From Bispira polyomma (Eukaryota): a stretch of 64,000 nt of DNA. Below are positions 27,559 to 40,934 of this stretch, in pieces. Both the position numbers and the translations under genes were made by a program. Below the pieces are notes generated by a model. That model saw nothing but the letters and a program-made list of their open reading frames with translations, did no database searches and was not told the DNA's origin. Where the stretch lies: assembly GCA_965649765.1 (NCBI GenBank), contig OZ287753.1:21514001-21578000 (forward strand). The letters run 5' to 3'. Positions within the stretch are counted from its first letter, which is position 1. Every line of letters begins with the position of its first letter.

Positions 27559-29544
27559 ACAACCGTATAATAATACCCGGGGTTACACCCTGGCAGACAC
27601 ACTGTGGGGATCATATTACTGGGAGGCGGGGAGACGTAATCCAATTTGGCACGGGGTCACAGCACCGCCCTGGCACAGACACGAGTCACCTCACTCTGCC
27701 CAGCAAGGCATTACAGTTTGGGTCTGCTAATGATCTGACCTCTCTGTTATACAAGAAAAGCTACAATACTTTGGTGGAGTTTGCTTTGTTTGGCTTTGTG
27801 ACTTTTTTCATCAAAGCTTTTGTTGTTTCTTGCAGTTTGAAAGTATTATACAACAGTTATAAGAATGCAATGTAGGAGTTCTATTACTTGGATTACTGGT
27901 ATTGTTTTGTTTTTTTAAATTAACAATAGTGAATGTATCACATTGAAAGTTGTGTTGAGATGTTTGAATTGTGCCTAAAAGTGTGACTTAAGTTTTAATG
28001 TCTCCACGATTATAAAATAGAGATGCCTGTTAAAATACAATATTGTTCCAAGTGTGAATTCCTATTACAGAATTTATATCAAATGTTGTAATCTCTATTC
28101 GCGTTAGTTGTTGTTCCATAAAATTGGTTCTATTTACTGCTACATAATATGCAAAAAAAGTTACTAATTCTGCTTAATTATGCAAATATCAGCAAGACTT
28201 AAAATATGCTTAATATGGTAGTTTCTCTGTTACAAATCTGTTGATCTTAGTCCACATGAGAAAAATGGTTGCAAAATTCTCCCATTTTCTGCCATTTGGT
28301 AAGTAGACAGTCTTTAAAGGTTTCAGTTCATTTTGGGTATCACGCCATCCTCGTTATGACCCTGTGACGTCACTCTGGTGGAGAGGAAACACCTGAAGAT
28401 AGACCAGAGTTAAGCAACTATGGCAACGAAGTGAAGGTGCATTTTAGCAAAGCTGTTTTGGAACTAATTTTCAAACATGGCTATGGCAGGCTTGAAAGAC
28501 TTTATAAAATCTATTGAATCAAAGGAATGCTATATTGTATTTAATAAAAGTTGTACTTACTTATGGTATCTATAACTTCACTGAAGTGTTAGTGCGACTA
28601 ATGTACATGCGTAGTTCAGTTTACGTCAAATTATAAAGACTGGAAGTGCGCAAGTTTTACCAGTATCCATTATATGGGAGAATAAAGGACGCCAAGACGG
28701 TGGAGCATGGTAAAATAGCTTCAAAAGTAAAAAAAAAAAAAAAAATTGAGTTTTGTTCATAACAGTGAAATTTATAGAATTTCAATAATAGATGGTCTTT
28801 TGAATAGAAATAAAGTCCTCACGCTTGTCCTGTGGAGAATAAAGCATGGTCTTCTAACATAATGGTCTTGGGCCAACTTTTGCCCTTAATTTTTTAAACC
28901 TTGGAAATTTGATATTTAATTTTATAACTGATAATTATGATTGTATATCATGACATGAACTCTCATATCATGTATATTGAGTATACTCCACACAAAACTT
29001 AAAGGGACAGAGTTTTGAAATACCCCTGTATATCAAAATGATATGGCTCTCTTAAAATTTGACTAGAACTGGTCAGACGAATAAGGTATGCACCAAATGA
29101 TTTTGTTAAACCAAAATCTTAAAGCACAGCCAATGCACTTGTTTGGAGTTTAAAGGATGAGGTCATTTACACTTTAGGATAAAGGATAGAAAATATTAAA
29201 GTTTCATAATGCAAATGCCTTATATTTTGCTGTGATTGTGGATTTTTAATGTTTTCTAATGTGCTAGGAGACATTTATTGGAAATTGATATTGCTAGAGG
29301 CATTCAATTGCTTGAAGAAGGGGTAAACCCAGAGGCAGGTAGCAGACAGGCTTGGGGTATCGCAGAGTGTTTTTGGAAGGTCTTGGTTACAGTATCAGGC
29401 AACAGGTTATGGCAGGAGACCAGGACAAGGCAGACAATTGTGGAGAACCGATTTATTACATTGACTGTAAGAAGAAACATTCAAACCATACAAGTCAGCT
29501 AGGATGAACTTGGGGTATCATTTTTCTGTGCAAACCATGGCAGC

Positions 29545-30970
29545 TTCGCCGGAGCCAGTTAGCAAGGCCCTTTGGACAATATATATTTTATGCTACTAAA
29601 ATTTTAATCAGATTGTACGCATTTGGATTAGATCAGTTAGCAAGGCTCTTTAATGGTGTTGTGACATATGTAGGAGGAATCAGTTCAGTAGGGAACTGGT
29701 ATGACGTCACAGTTGTGCGACTATATTTGTTATCATTTGTTATCATAACATGGATAGAACTCTTTTTTATTTGATATGAAGTCTAACAGCACACCTAAAT
29801 TGTAATTATCTGTGTAAATTTTAATCTATATACATTTTATATCATATTTGTTGAAAAGTGGGGGTTTCCCAAAGGATGAACTATGGTGCATCATTTATCT
29901 GTGCAAACCATATGCAATCGATCACATGAACTTTAGTTGGATGCTAGACAATCAGACATTAGACATGTTTTAAGGTGACATCACTGTGTGGGTCGTCTAC
30001 AATTTGCTCAAGACTACCAACATTGGCAGCTTCGCCATAGCCAGTTAGCAAGGCCCTTTAGACAATATATTCTTTATTGCTACTAAAATCGGATCGGTTA
30101 TGGCCTGGTCACACCTACATGTGCTAACGTTCCCCAACGTACCTAAGCAATATACACTGAAAACGTGGTAGTATTGTATCAAAGTGACGTCATTTCCATA
30201 AAGGGATAGTCGATTGTGATGTTTTGTGACATTTCGTGACGATGTTGGTACTTGTACACATGAAGAGAGGGCAAAAAACGGACCCTTTATTGGAAGGATA
30301 TCACTACCTACTACTACATAGAAGTAATGTACTGCTACTTACGGCTGCGTTCTGCTGCCTTCTGCTGCCTTCTGCTACTTAGTGAAACTTTCTCGACTAA
30401 CAGAGATGATCTCACTACTTATTGGGACTTCCTCGCTACCTACCACTACATATAGCTACTTGTTGATACGTCTTTGCTACTTTCGGAAACGTTCGGGGAC
30501 GAACAGTGAAACGGGGAGAAATGGAAGCTGTTTCTGTAGTGTTTCAAACAGTTTGAAAAACTACAGGAAAAAGACGAAACGGAGACGTTTTTGGAACGAT
30601 ATCATCCATCGTAAAATGTCTCAAAACATAAAGAAACGATCACAGAAGGGATCTTCACTTCCTACTACGTTTCAAAACATTTCCTAAATTCACACAACGT
30701 GACACAAATGTAGCTCTACAACATGTATGTGTGACCAGGACATTATCAAGGCTCTGTAATGGTGTTGTGACATATGTACAAGGAATCAGTTCTGTCAAAA
30801 ACAAAAAAACACTGGTATGACGTCACAGTTGCACGAATACATTTGTTATCATTTGTTATCATAACATGGAGATCTTTTACATTTGACATAAAGTCTAACA
30901 CTACACCTGAATTGTATTCATCTATGTACATTTTAGATCACTTTTGTGAAAAAGTGGTGGGTTTCCCTTT
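29545..30970. repeat. local ~330-bp duplication (29545-29880 vs 30024-30097 + 30746-30970); the second copy is split by a MITE
   Basis: Shared blocks TGGCAGCTTCGCC..CAGTTAGCAAGGCCC and CAAGGCTCT..AATGGTGTTGTGACATATGTA..TGGTATGACGTCACAGTTG. Confidence 0.75.
30101..30742. mobile_element. PIF/Harbinger-type MITE
   Basis: TIRs TGGCCTGGTCACACCTACATGT / ACATGTATGTGTGACCAGGACA flanked by TTA on both sides; no transposase. Confidence 0.75.
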
Positions 30971-31732
30971 TGGTACACACATCATATAGATGAAGAAAAC
31001 AAACAGACGGAAATTTGCCTAATGACATAACAGCTCCCCCACACACCCTCTTCCCCCAACCCAAAGATGAAAGGTAACCTAGGGGCGGGGCTGAGAGTGA
31101 GCTGTCCCGACCCCCCTCGTCCATCAAACGATATCCCCTACCCCTTCTTGCCCTGCCCCATCTGCTGTGGGTCATTATCAAATATTGCCCAGGTCTTGTG
31201 GTTTTTAACAGTGTCTGTACCAAAATGTTACAGTTAGAGATATATCTTAAGGATAGCTCATCTTTTAAGATTGCTCAAATCTTCTAGGTTGAGGTGCAAC
31301 ATATGTATAGAAAACGAGGGTTTTTGAAATGATTTAGATTTGGTGGACAGTGACCAGATTCTGTACAGGTGTAGGGTTTTTTTTATAAAAAATAGGGTAC
31401 AGTTATTGAGCTCCCAAAAAAAGGAAAACTAACAAAAGTGAGTTTTATATGTCTAATTGTTTTATTTTACAGTTATAAATAAAAAAAGCTGTGTTATTAA
31501 AAAACGTGCTATGATATGGACATTTTAAACAACCTGGTTCTGTTGCTGAAATCGTGAGCACCTAATCTGTGCTGATTTCCTCTACCATTAAGTGCTCATC
31601 GTGATATGACAACAAAGGTGTTGACAAGTTAGGTTGAACCAAAAACTAAACGAAAGCTATGCCAGTAAAATGGGTTGAAGAGCACAAATTATTATTATTT
31701 TTATGTCCAATGTAGAGACAAAACTTTATATT

Positions 31733-31947
31733 AGAGTAAGGAATCTAAAATTGGCCACTGTATGTGAAATTCGCCACCCCTAAAATTAAGGCTGAATCAA
31801 TAAAAATTGGCAAAAAAATAGTTGGAATTTGGCTAAGTAAGACAAAATAGTCACAGAAGTCTCAATTTTAGCAAATATTACCCACAATTCTGTTATTTTT
31901 AGGTGGCTAATTTCAGATACAGTGGCTAATTTTAGATTCATTACTCT
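31733..31947. mobile_element. MITE-like element with ~50-bp imperfect TIRs
   Basis: AGAGTAAGGAATCTAAAATTGGCCACTGTATGTGAAATT is mirrored by AATTTCAGATACAGTGGCTAATTTTAGATTCATTACTCT; TSD unclear. Confidence 0.65.
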
Positions 31948-33654
31948 TCATAAAATAGGAATCATACATTAATATAAAATATTTTGAAATATATAGTGTA
32001 ATGATTGGCGAAAGGTGTCATTCATATACAAACAAAATATTATATCCGTTTAATCAATTAAAATGTGGAAAAAAACAATCAAATTAAATTAAGCAATGTT
32101 TGTATTAGCCAATCATAAGATATGCTTAATTTATTTTTTGAAACACTACAATAATATTATTGATTTTAATTTTCACTTAAACTCTCCTTTTAAAGTAACT
32201 TTAAAGCATTAGCCATAAGGACATCTGGCCCCTGGGACATAAAGCTTACAAGCCCCACCCCCAGGGCAGTGATTTTGTTTTAACCCATTCAATACTACAC
32301 TATAGAATCTCACCCCAAGCATCCACCATTATTTTCTTTCAATTCAGAATTTATTTTCCACTTGTCAAAGAGCCGCTATTAATCAAGTTGTTTTACTTTA
32401 CACAATCACACTTTACCAAATGATTTAAGACCTTAAGTTCTTGTGTACTTAAACTGACAGCTAAAACTTAAAAATATAGGGAGGGGAGGGCTGAAATATA
32501 TGTGTACAGATATTTGATTTTGTTCTAGAACAAAAACTATTCTGTAATTATGAGCATAGGCACAAATATGAACACAAAAAGATTGCATTTTGTAGAAGAA
32601 AATCAGTTTAAACTTAACACAACTTGTTATAGTGTACTCAAACTGAGAAACATTACTGAGACTATCAAGGTAAACTTAGAAAATTTACTTTGATGCTGAT
32701 TTTCTTTCTTGAAAAATTGCTAGATAGTAATTTTAAGGGGTTTACATTGCAAAAAAAGAATTGGCTTAAAAGTTAAGAAAAGTACAAGACTAAAATGTAT
32801 CAACCTTAAGTGAACTAAAGCTTACATATATCTTTTAATTCTGGATAATGGAGAAACAGTCTAAAATGTTGGATAAAAAAGATGACCTAATCTACAGGTG
32901 CTAAAAATTGTCTTCTGAGCCCAACAAAAAAAGTTAAAAGAGCAAGCTTTGAATGGTTTAAGATAGGGGACATGTGTCGCGTGGCTATTATATGACACCC
33001 AAGCAACCCCCCCCTGCACCCCCCCCCCCCAAAAAAAAAAAAAAAAAAACAAAAAAAAAAAACTCTCGTCCTCACTGTCCCCCAAACCCCTTCTCTTCAA
33101 AGACACAAGCACTCCCTTACCCGTACCCAAAGTTGTTGAATAGTGGAAGGGGGTAGGGGGAGGGGGTGAGGTCCAATTTGGGAGTTGGAGTGTCAGAGGC
33201 CAGTATAATCATCTACCAGGCGAGCACCCTCAAGTTTAAAAGGGGAGGTGACCCCCACATATGTCAACTTATTCATTTGTATGCAGACACATACAGAGGC
33301 AGTAACAGTTTCTTGCACAAATTTGGCTGGGCTCTTATAATGCCTAGTTCACATTGAGCCGAATCTGAATGCGAACAGATTCGGCAATTTGAATACGTTA
33401 TCAGGATTTTTTTTCTACAAAAGTATTCACACTTAGCCGTAAACCTGATTATATTGTGTTATATGTCAGGTGTATTTATGTCCATGATATGAGACTAGCT
33501 AGAGAAACATGTCTAGAAATTAGAAAATAAACATCCTTGCATAATTCATACAGCCTGAATATTTAGATCTAGATTTCAAATTTGTATCCATGTGAATGCT
33601 TACGATACATCTCATTTATATTACCATAGCCGTACATTCGGCTTCGAAAGGCTT

Positions 33655-33815
33655 TAGGTGTGAAAGTTGGCAGTTACTTACCGATGCTTGATGGTTTACA
33701 GTGTAGAACCTTGACTGACTAGTATAAGACCGGTTTCTTCAGCACTCAAACTGCCCACCGTGATACGACCTATACAATGTGCTGAAAGTGACGTTAAACC
33801 CAAATCAAATCAAAT
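33655..33815 (+). mobile_element. 5'-truncated SINE related to the young family
   Basis: GTGTAGAACCTTGA..GGTTTC..GAAAGTGACGTTAAACCC followed by a (AAATC)n tail; resembles the 3' half of the 4534 element. Confidence 0.6.
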
Positions 33816-34669
33816 ATTTGGATTTGGCTGATTGTGGATTAGTCAGTAAAGTCCTGGCACACCCCTTGCGATTTGATTACTCAAAATGTAGGTTTTATTT
33901 CAGTTTAATGGTCTCCCATGGTCTTGTGATTAGGAAGTTGGTTTGGTAATCAGAAGGCTCATGGTTTGACTCCTGGTTACGCTGTTATGTTTACCGGGGA
34001 GAAAATGTAGGCGAGATGTGAAACCACTGACTATGACCGATGCTTTGGTTTCAACAACTGCATTTGTTATCACAACCAGTAGTTTATTATTAGAGGAAAG
34101 ATGTCCATGGTACCTGGTCACTATTTCTGCACTCTAAACCACCAGTAAGTCTACTGCCAACTTACCATTAATTGGTAAATATGGAGTTTTACAATATTTC
34201 CCAAGTCAACTCAATCCGATATACAGATCCATTGATTGAAATCCATCGACAGGTTTTATCACAATCAATTCACATAGTTTTTAAATCTGATCTATATTTT
34301 GCAATGAAGGCTATGTTTAGTGTATGGTATTTTGATATCAAAGCAGTGTAGAAACCGGCAAACTAGAACAGCATTCGGTAAATATATGTTTCTGCCAAGA
34401 TCCCACCATGTAAAAAAGTGAAAACTAATTTTGGATCTGCTATTCTATCCAGATCCTTTTCAGAGTGTAATAAATTCATTCGTGGCCTATGTCCCATCCT
34501 TCTGCCAAATTGTATGTCAACCAGGGCATTAGTTCTTTTGGTAAACCTGCTGACAAACTACAATAAACCAATGTATAGTATTGTATTTTGTATTCTTAAC
34601 ACACCTTCTTGATGAAAGGCATCTTGTAAAGCGCCACAGCAGAATCCATTAACCAATCAAGAAGTCCTA

Positions 34670-34870
34670 AAAACCAGGTCTTAAGGAAGGACGTGGGTGT
34701 ACAGGAAGGAAAGTAAGTGTGGTAAGCGAGCTTAAAGAAATGGGTTTAAACTCATGAAGTGTTTCTAATGATCTAAGCTTAACTGGAAAACTATTCCATA
34801 ACATATTGATAGTGACTGAGAAGGCTCTAGATCCAGCCTTCTTGGTGGGTTTTAACCAAAGTAAAACAGA
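34670..34870 (-). mobile_element. L2/CR1-type LINE 3' fragment
   Basis: Translates as AGSRAFSVTINMLWNSFPVKLRSLETLHEFK, the typical ORF2 C-terminus; similar to 56295-56480. Confidence 0.6.
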
Positions 34871-35092
34871 AAGGGGACAAAACAATGACCTCTGTTATAG
34901 AGGTAAAAGAAATTTTAGTACATATACTATGCAATATATTCGTATTCAGTCTGCCAATCCATTTCAGTTTGAATACTACTTGTATGTCATATATGATAGA
35001 TCTATTTTTATGCTAATGATTCTGAAGATTTTACATTGTACTGAATATTAACTGTACACACAGTAATACAGTTAAAAGATTTAATTTTATTT

Positions 35093-35283
35093 AGAATTTA
35101 GTTTGGTTTTTCGTCGTTTTCAACAGCTTAGGTCATATTGCAATAGCCAGATTTATGGGTGGAAGAAACCAGTGTTGAAGCACAGTAAACCACCGGCCTA
35201 TGGCAAGTACCTGACAAACTGTCCGACATGAAAGAACGAACAGGGTTCGACCCCACATTGGTGAGAGCCCAGTGATTGTAAAG
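35093..35283 (-). mobile_element. diverged SINE (third subfamily)
   Basis: Colinear with copies at 38955-39165 (-) and 53176-53392 (+). Confidence 0.6.
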
Positions 35284-37169
35284 CTTATAAAGAACTGTTA
35301 AAGCTATTCCTATTAAGAAATATTTTTTACTGGATAGTAAATCTAGTAATTCATTATTTTAGGAGAAATAATATGAATTATTGAACACAGTATTTTGCCA
35401 GTGAAGTTTCCAATGTATTAAGAGAAGTTATTATCAGTCTAAGCCGGGATAAAAAAAGAAGAACCTTTTTGTATCAATAAATTTCTGGGGGTGTGGTCCA
35501 TTATCAAATTGTTTCTGCTTGATTAAGTCCTTACGAGTGTGGAAAATCTGTTCCACTTTTGCAGTTTGTTTCAGTGTGTGTTTGTTTTATTTTCCCTTTC
35601 TAGTACAATTGTGAATGGGAGCAATCACGCATATTAGTAGGATTTGACAGATTAAAACCATGATAATTAAATTATCAGGAACTTTACAAAACCGGAATTA
35701 TTTTTCAGTCGAATATCCTGAAGATATCCAGCTTGAAAAAGGAGGGGGGAGTACTCAACTTACATTGATTATCAAATTGCAACAACTTATCAAATCCTTA
35801 TTTAGAAAATAATTCCTTAAAATAGTGAATTAATTAAAGCTATCTTCGTGTAAAATTATAAATTTAAGATAAAATTAGTATGAAATTAGGTAAAATATCA
35901 TATGGAATACATCTGAATGCAAATGTAACGAACTCTAATGAAATCCTATTCTAACTCAAATTCAAGCATTTCTCCACTCCTCACGCAAATTATGCTATAC
36001 CTTATCTAAGTTAAAATGCTGCAGATGTTAATGATCTACCTTTCTGTCACCAACCTATACATAACAAAAAATGCATTATTTAAGTACATAAAAAAGTCAA
36101 CATTTTACCGGTTTCTGTAGAAATTATCGCATTAGAATATCGTAGTGATAAATTCGCATCAGAATCCACTTCATTGGAGATTAAGTGCTATAAATGTTTG
36201 ATTAGACAGATAGATTGGATTCTGTTAAGTCAATAGTGCCAAAAAGTGAAAACAAAATTATGTATCTAGATATATTTGTATCATTATTTATAGTCGATGT
36301 CAGCTTACTAGCATTTAAATTAATATAGAACCAGAAGGGCAAGCATATTTACCGGATCTTCCCTTTTACTGGGAATCATGGCCCATATCCTACACCCCTC
36401 CCCCACATTTTATGTATCTCAGTTTAATAGTGTTTTTTGTGTAATCCTGGTGATTTTTGAACAAATAAACTAATGGACACGTGCAAAAAAAAAACCTCTT
36501 TGGCAAAAGTTTAAAGGACCAATATCTATTTGATACAACAAGTATAATAAAATCAGTTTGCTTGATGAAGAAACCAACAAACGGAAAAATGGGCAAAAAT
36601 ATTACCTCCTTAGACAAGGTAATCATAATTTTTATCAAAAATCTTAATGAGGAGTCGTGATTGTGACAAATGTTTTAGTCTTTGTGTGCATCTAAAAATG
36701 ACCATGTGTATCATAAAAATACCAGATCATACCACTAATACTAATAATAGCCTGGCCAAGCCTGTAATTATGTCCTCACCTAATAGCAGTTAGAAAGTGA
36801 ATTATTCCATCCCTTTCATCAAATGATAATCATAACAAATGAGAATATAATTCAGCTCTGTGCAGTTTTTCTCATATTAATAACTACAACCACCAAACAA
36901 TAACCACAGATGCCAACAATTGAATTATGTCAGTGAAGGGAAAGTGTACTCTGGTTACTGTCCTATGCTGAATACTGAGGGTTTGCGATTTGTAGTAGCC
37001 TTGTCGAGGGCGTTAGTTCTACTGAATAAAATACATAATAACTCCAAGATCATTTTATGCACCACTAGTTGCCTTTAGCAACTTCACTACAAATATGTTT
37101 GTGGGTCGAGATTTGAATCCTCAACCGCAGAGTTGGAAACTGTACAACATCAAGAGTAATATTATGAAC

Positions 37170-37730
37170 TGATTCTTTTACCTTCTGTCTGACATTGGGC
37201 TAATGATTTCTACCATATGCTTGACATTAAACTGATGATTTTGAACTTCTGGTTGACATTGGGCTGATGATGATTTTGAACCTCAATTTGACATTAGGCT
37301 GATGATTTTGAACCTCAATTTGACATTGGACTGATAATTTTCAATCTCAATTTGGGCTGATGATTTTTAACCTCTGATTGATATAGGGCTAATGATTTTT
37401 AACCTATATCTGACATTCGAATGTTCATTTTTAACCTCCTGTGTTTGACATAAAGCTGGTGATTTCCAACTTGTATTTGACATTCGGCTAATGATTTCCA
37501 ACCAAATTTAAAATTGGGCTGACGATTTCAAAACCTTTGTTTGCAATTGGACTGATGATATCCAACCTCTGTTTGATATTGGGCTGATGATTTTCACATT
37601 CTGTTTGACATTGGACTGATGATTTCCAACCTCTGTTTGACATTGGGTTGATGTTTTTCAATATCTGTTTGACATTGAGCTCATGATTTTCACATTCGGT
37701 TTGACATTTGGCTGATGATATGCAACCTCA
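37170..37730. repeat. degenerate 32-bp minisatellite, ~17 copies
   Basis: Consensus CTGATGATTTCCAACCTCTGTTTGACATTGGG; GTTTGA at 37571, 37603, 37635 and 37667. Confidence 0.88.
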
Positions 37731-38954
37731 GTCTTTTATTAATTTGGTGAGGGTTATTTTAACTTTGACAGTAAATTAATAGTTTTGCAGTATTAACAGT
37801 GTATGGAAAAGTAAGCCAGATTTTACTAAGGTAGAACCACATAATAACAGGTGACAACATTGGTCACGCTTTGATAGCACAAATATCACTAAAGTTGTCA
37901 TCATGTCACTTCTAAGGCCCCTTTGCCTTTGCAAGGCTAAAAAATTGAGGACTGTTATTTGTGGGAGACCTAATTGGTTGTTAAGGCTCACATATGTAGC
38001 AACACACACAAACATCAGCACCAATTTCTAGATATTACAACAAATGTTATCAGGATTAAGTTTAAGGTCACCTTAAAGTCTATTTTTCTATGAATTCTTA
38101 TTCTTGAAAATAAGGGTTATATAAATGCCCCTTCTTATGTGTGTTTACATAATGTGAGTGCCATTAAATTATGGCATATAAAATGAATATTTTTTCTTAC
38201 ATCTGACTAATTTTGCCTATGTGTATGCTTAAAACTAGTAAGAAAAAAAAAGTAAGATGAAGTCCAAAATTACTTTCCATCCTAACATTTCTGGAATCTT
38301 CTGTTATGGCCAGTAATTGTTCTGATAGTTTTTGGCAATGTTGTGATTTCCTGGCTTAATTCCTCCCTTGGGGCCCCTCCCCACCCCATTATAACCATCC
38401 ATATGGCTAGTTTGGTCCTCATCTACTGTGGCACACACCCTACTATTATCCCCCTCCCCTGGGGGTTTAGGAGGGTGGAGTGTACCGGAAGTAATCCAAT
38501 TGTCATTGCTAAATGTATGGATGCAAAGACTTATTACGGAGTAATGGCGCCATTTTCCCTCCCTCTGGAGAGATGATATATACTATACAAAGGGAAATTT
38601 AAGTAGGTATTTATTTCAACTGATTGGATTTTGGAAAGTAGAATTTCATTAACAGTTAAAATTAAGATTACAATTAATCATTTAACTAGGAAATGGACAA
38701 TGGGGAAAACTCATTCCAATGAATGTGTCTTAAATTACAAAATAGTAAAAAATAATAGTTACCTCTGCCAAAGTCCTATGGCATTCAAATTATCAATCAG
38801 AAAGAAACTCAGTGGAATACATACCTCCGCCAAGGGTTCCCAGTGCCATAAAGTTAAGCAAAATTTCCAAATTGATTTACTTGAAATTTGTTGTAGGAAT
38901 AGGGTATGAATCAATTTGGACAAGGTGCAGACAGAAGGGGCAGATTAATTATGG

Positions 38955-39165
38955 TTGTGTTTTTATATTACTATTAACAGCTTAGATCATATCACAATGG
39001 TCAGATTTAATAGTGGAAAAAACCAATGTTGAAGCCACTGTAAACCATCAACCAAGGACCTGACAAACTTTTTCACACGAAGGAATTAACAAGATTAAAC
39101 CCACATTGGTGAAAGACCAGTGATTGTGAAGCAGGCACTTCTCGCCACTAGGCTACCAGGGCCAC
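38955..39165 (-). mobile_element. diverged tRNA-derived SINE
   Basis: Reverse complement carries TGGTAGCCTAGTGG and CTTCACAATCACTGGTC; matches the 35093 and 53176 copies. Confidence 0.6.
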
Positions 39166-40073
39166 TACATAAGGCAAATAAGGAATGCACTCCAATAAGT
39201 GCAATTCTAGTTCTTCAAGGTGATAATAAATTTTTAGTTAAGTAGTATGATTAAATTCGTTATTATGACCAGTATAGTGTACTTTTATATTCATACACAG
39301 AAGTCTAGTCTTAAGCCCTATGTACCCCAAAAGTATGCATTACTTAGTATTTGGTGCAATGAAAAATTTAGAACATTGTCGTACATTAATAATTATGTAC
39401 ACACCAACTGTGATGCAATGCAATTCAGCAGTTTATTGCGCACCATAGCAAGTTTTGTTAAAATGGTTCTTATTTTTTTCTTGTCGCATTAGCTTTTAAC
39501 CAGGCCTTCCCACCATAGTTTCCCTCCTGTACACCCACACATCCTTCCTTGCAACCTTGCTATGTCCATAAATCATACGACTGGATAACTAATTCTGATG
39601 TTGTGCTTTAGAAGATGCCTAGCATCAATAAAGCGCGTTAAAAATGCATAATTATAATAATAATAATAATATCTAGGATATTATTGATAAGTATGGTTGT
39701 GTGATCTAATTACCTCATCAAAATTTATCAATTCTGTAGATTGTGTGTCACTTTTGATGTTTGGAACATTTGTTCGTCCCGTGTCATGTCGCACCTGAAT
39801 GGTTCTGTAAAACCATTCTCAGAAGCAGCCCTTAATAGAATGATCTACAAATGGAGCTTGGAACACAAGAGATATCTTTTAGCTTCATGACAAAAAATGA
39901 AATCCTATCTGTTCAAAGTAACCTGCCCACCTAAGTTTGTTTCATGGTCACACACCACATCCTTTCTTGCCATATGACTTTTTTACTATCCTTTAGATTA
40001 CCAATTTGGATACTTTGCTTTAGACGATACCTACTATTAATAACATGTATTACAAATTCGTAATATAATACTC

Positions 40074-40279
40074 CAGTTCTCCTGTTTGCAAAGTGAGGTA
40101 AAGATATAGAGATAAGAAGCAGATTAGGTGACCTTGTAGTAATTAAAGGTGAAGTAAATGAAATTAATAGATAGTAGTTTGAGGTTTATTTTATATACAC
40201 ATTAGTAAGGTATATACAGGGTAGGTTAAAAAATTTCAAGTTTTTTTAAAATTTAAAGAGAGAATTTTAAAATATCCCA
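40074..40279 (-). repeat. split direct repeat B2 (206 bp, 3' terminus of the element)
   Basis: Identical by eye to 41147-41352. Confidence 0.95.
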
Positions 40280-40706
40280 CTATGAGTAATACTCATAAAT
40301 CAAATCACAATAAAACAATTGAAACAGTGTATAGCAAATACCATAACTGAAGTATGTCGTTAAACACAGACATATACTAAATCTCCTTCACTCTACTAAC
40401 AGCACCCTTCATATATGTAAACCATAAAGTCTATACTGTCCTAATAAGCCGTCACTCTCTACAACTCATAGTCCAGTGATTACATCCTATACAATACCTA
40501 TTTTACGTTAGTCTCTATACGTTAAGATCATAATTTGTGCCTCTTATGTGCACATATATGTTCGACATACAACTCCTAATACATAAAATCTAAATGAATA
40601 TCTTTATATAGTCTAATAACATAATCTAATGTCCTACGCTCAAATATGATTACCCCTAATAGGGACGCTCTCTACCTACAGCAAGTACACTGCAATGCCA
40701 TTAGAA

Positions 40707-40842
40707 CCCAAGACCTTGGACAACACCGCCTGGCAGAGGTAAGTCCAGCCTCTCAGAGCTCTTATTCCACCCTGGCTCCCTAAACGTGATGCTCAGAGGA
40801 GAGGTTTAAGTAGACTGGACTCGGCCTCCACTCGGTCTTGGG
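40707..40842. other. candidate structured RNA element in the retrotransposon spacer
   Basis: Five nested complementary segments within a GC-rich island (see findings). Confidence 0.45.
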
Positions 40843-40934
40843 CCCGATTGTAAGAAGAGTAACGACTAATACATATTATATCTTGTATATCTCAAAATTT
40901 CCTTAAAATAGCTGTGGTAAGGGGAGGAGGCGGG

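Noticed and set aside
32861-33156. ORFs with poly-Phe/Gly/Pro/Lys
   Set aside because: Produced by poly(C) and poly(A) homopolymer runs.
37170-37730. 32-bp array as a CRISPR array or tandem hammerhead ribozymes (repeated CTGATGA)
   Set aside because: No unique spacers or cas genes in a eukaryotic context; no stem II or GAAA follows CTGATGA.
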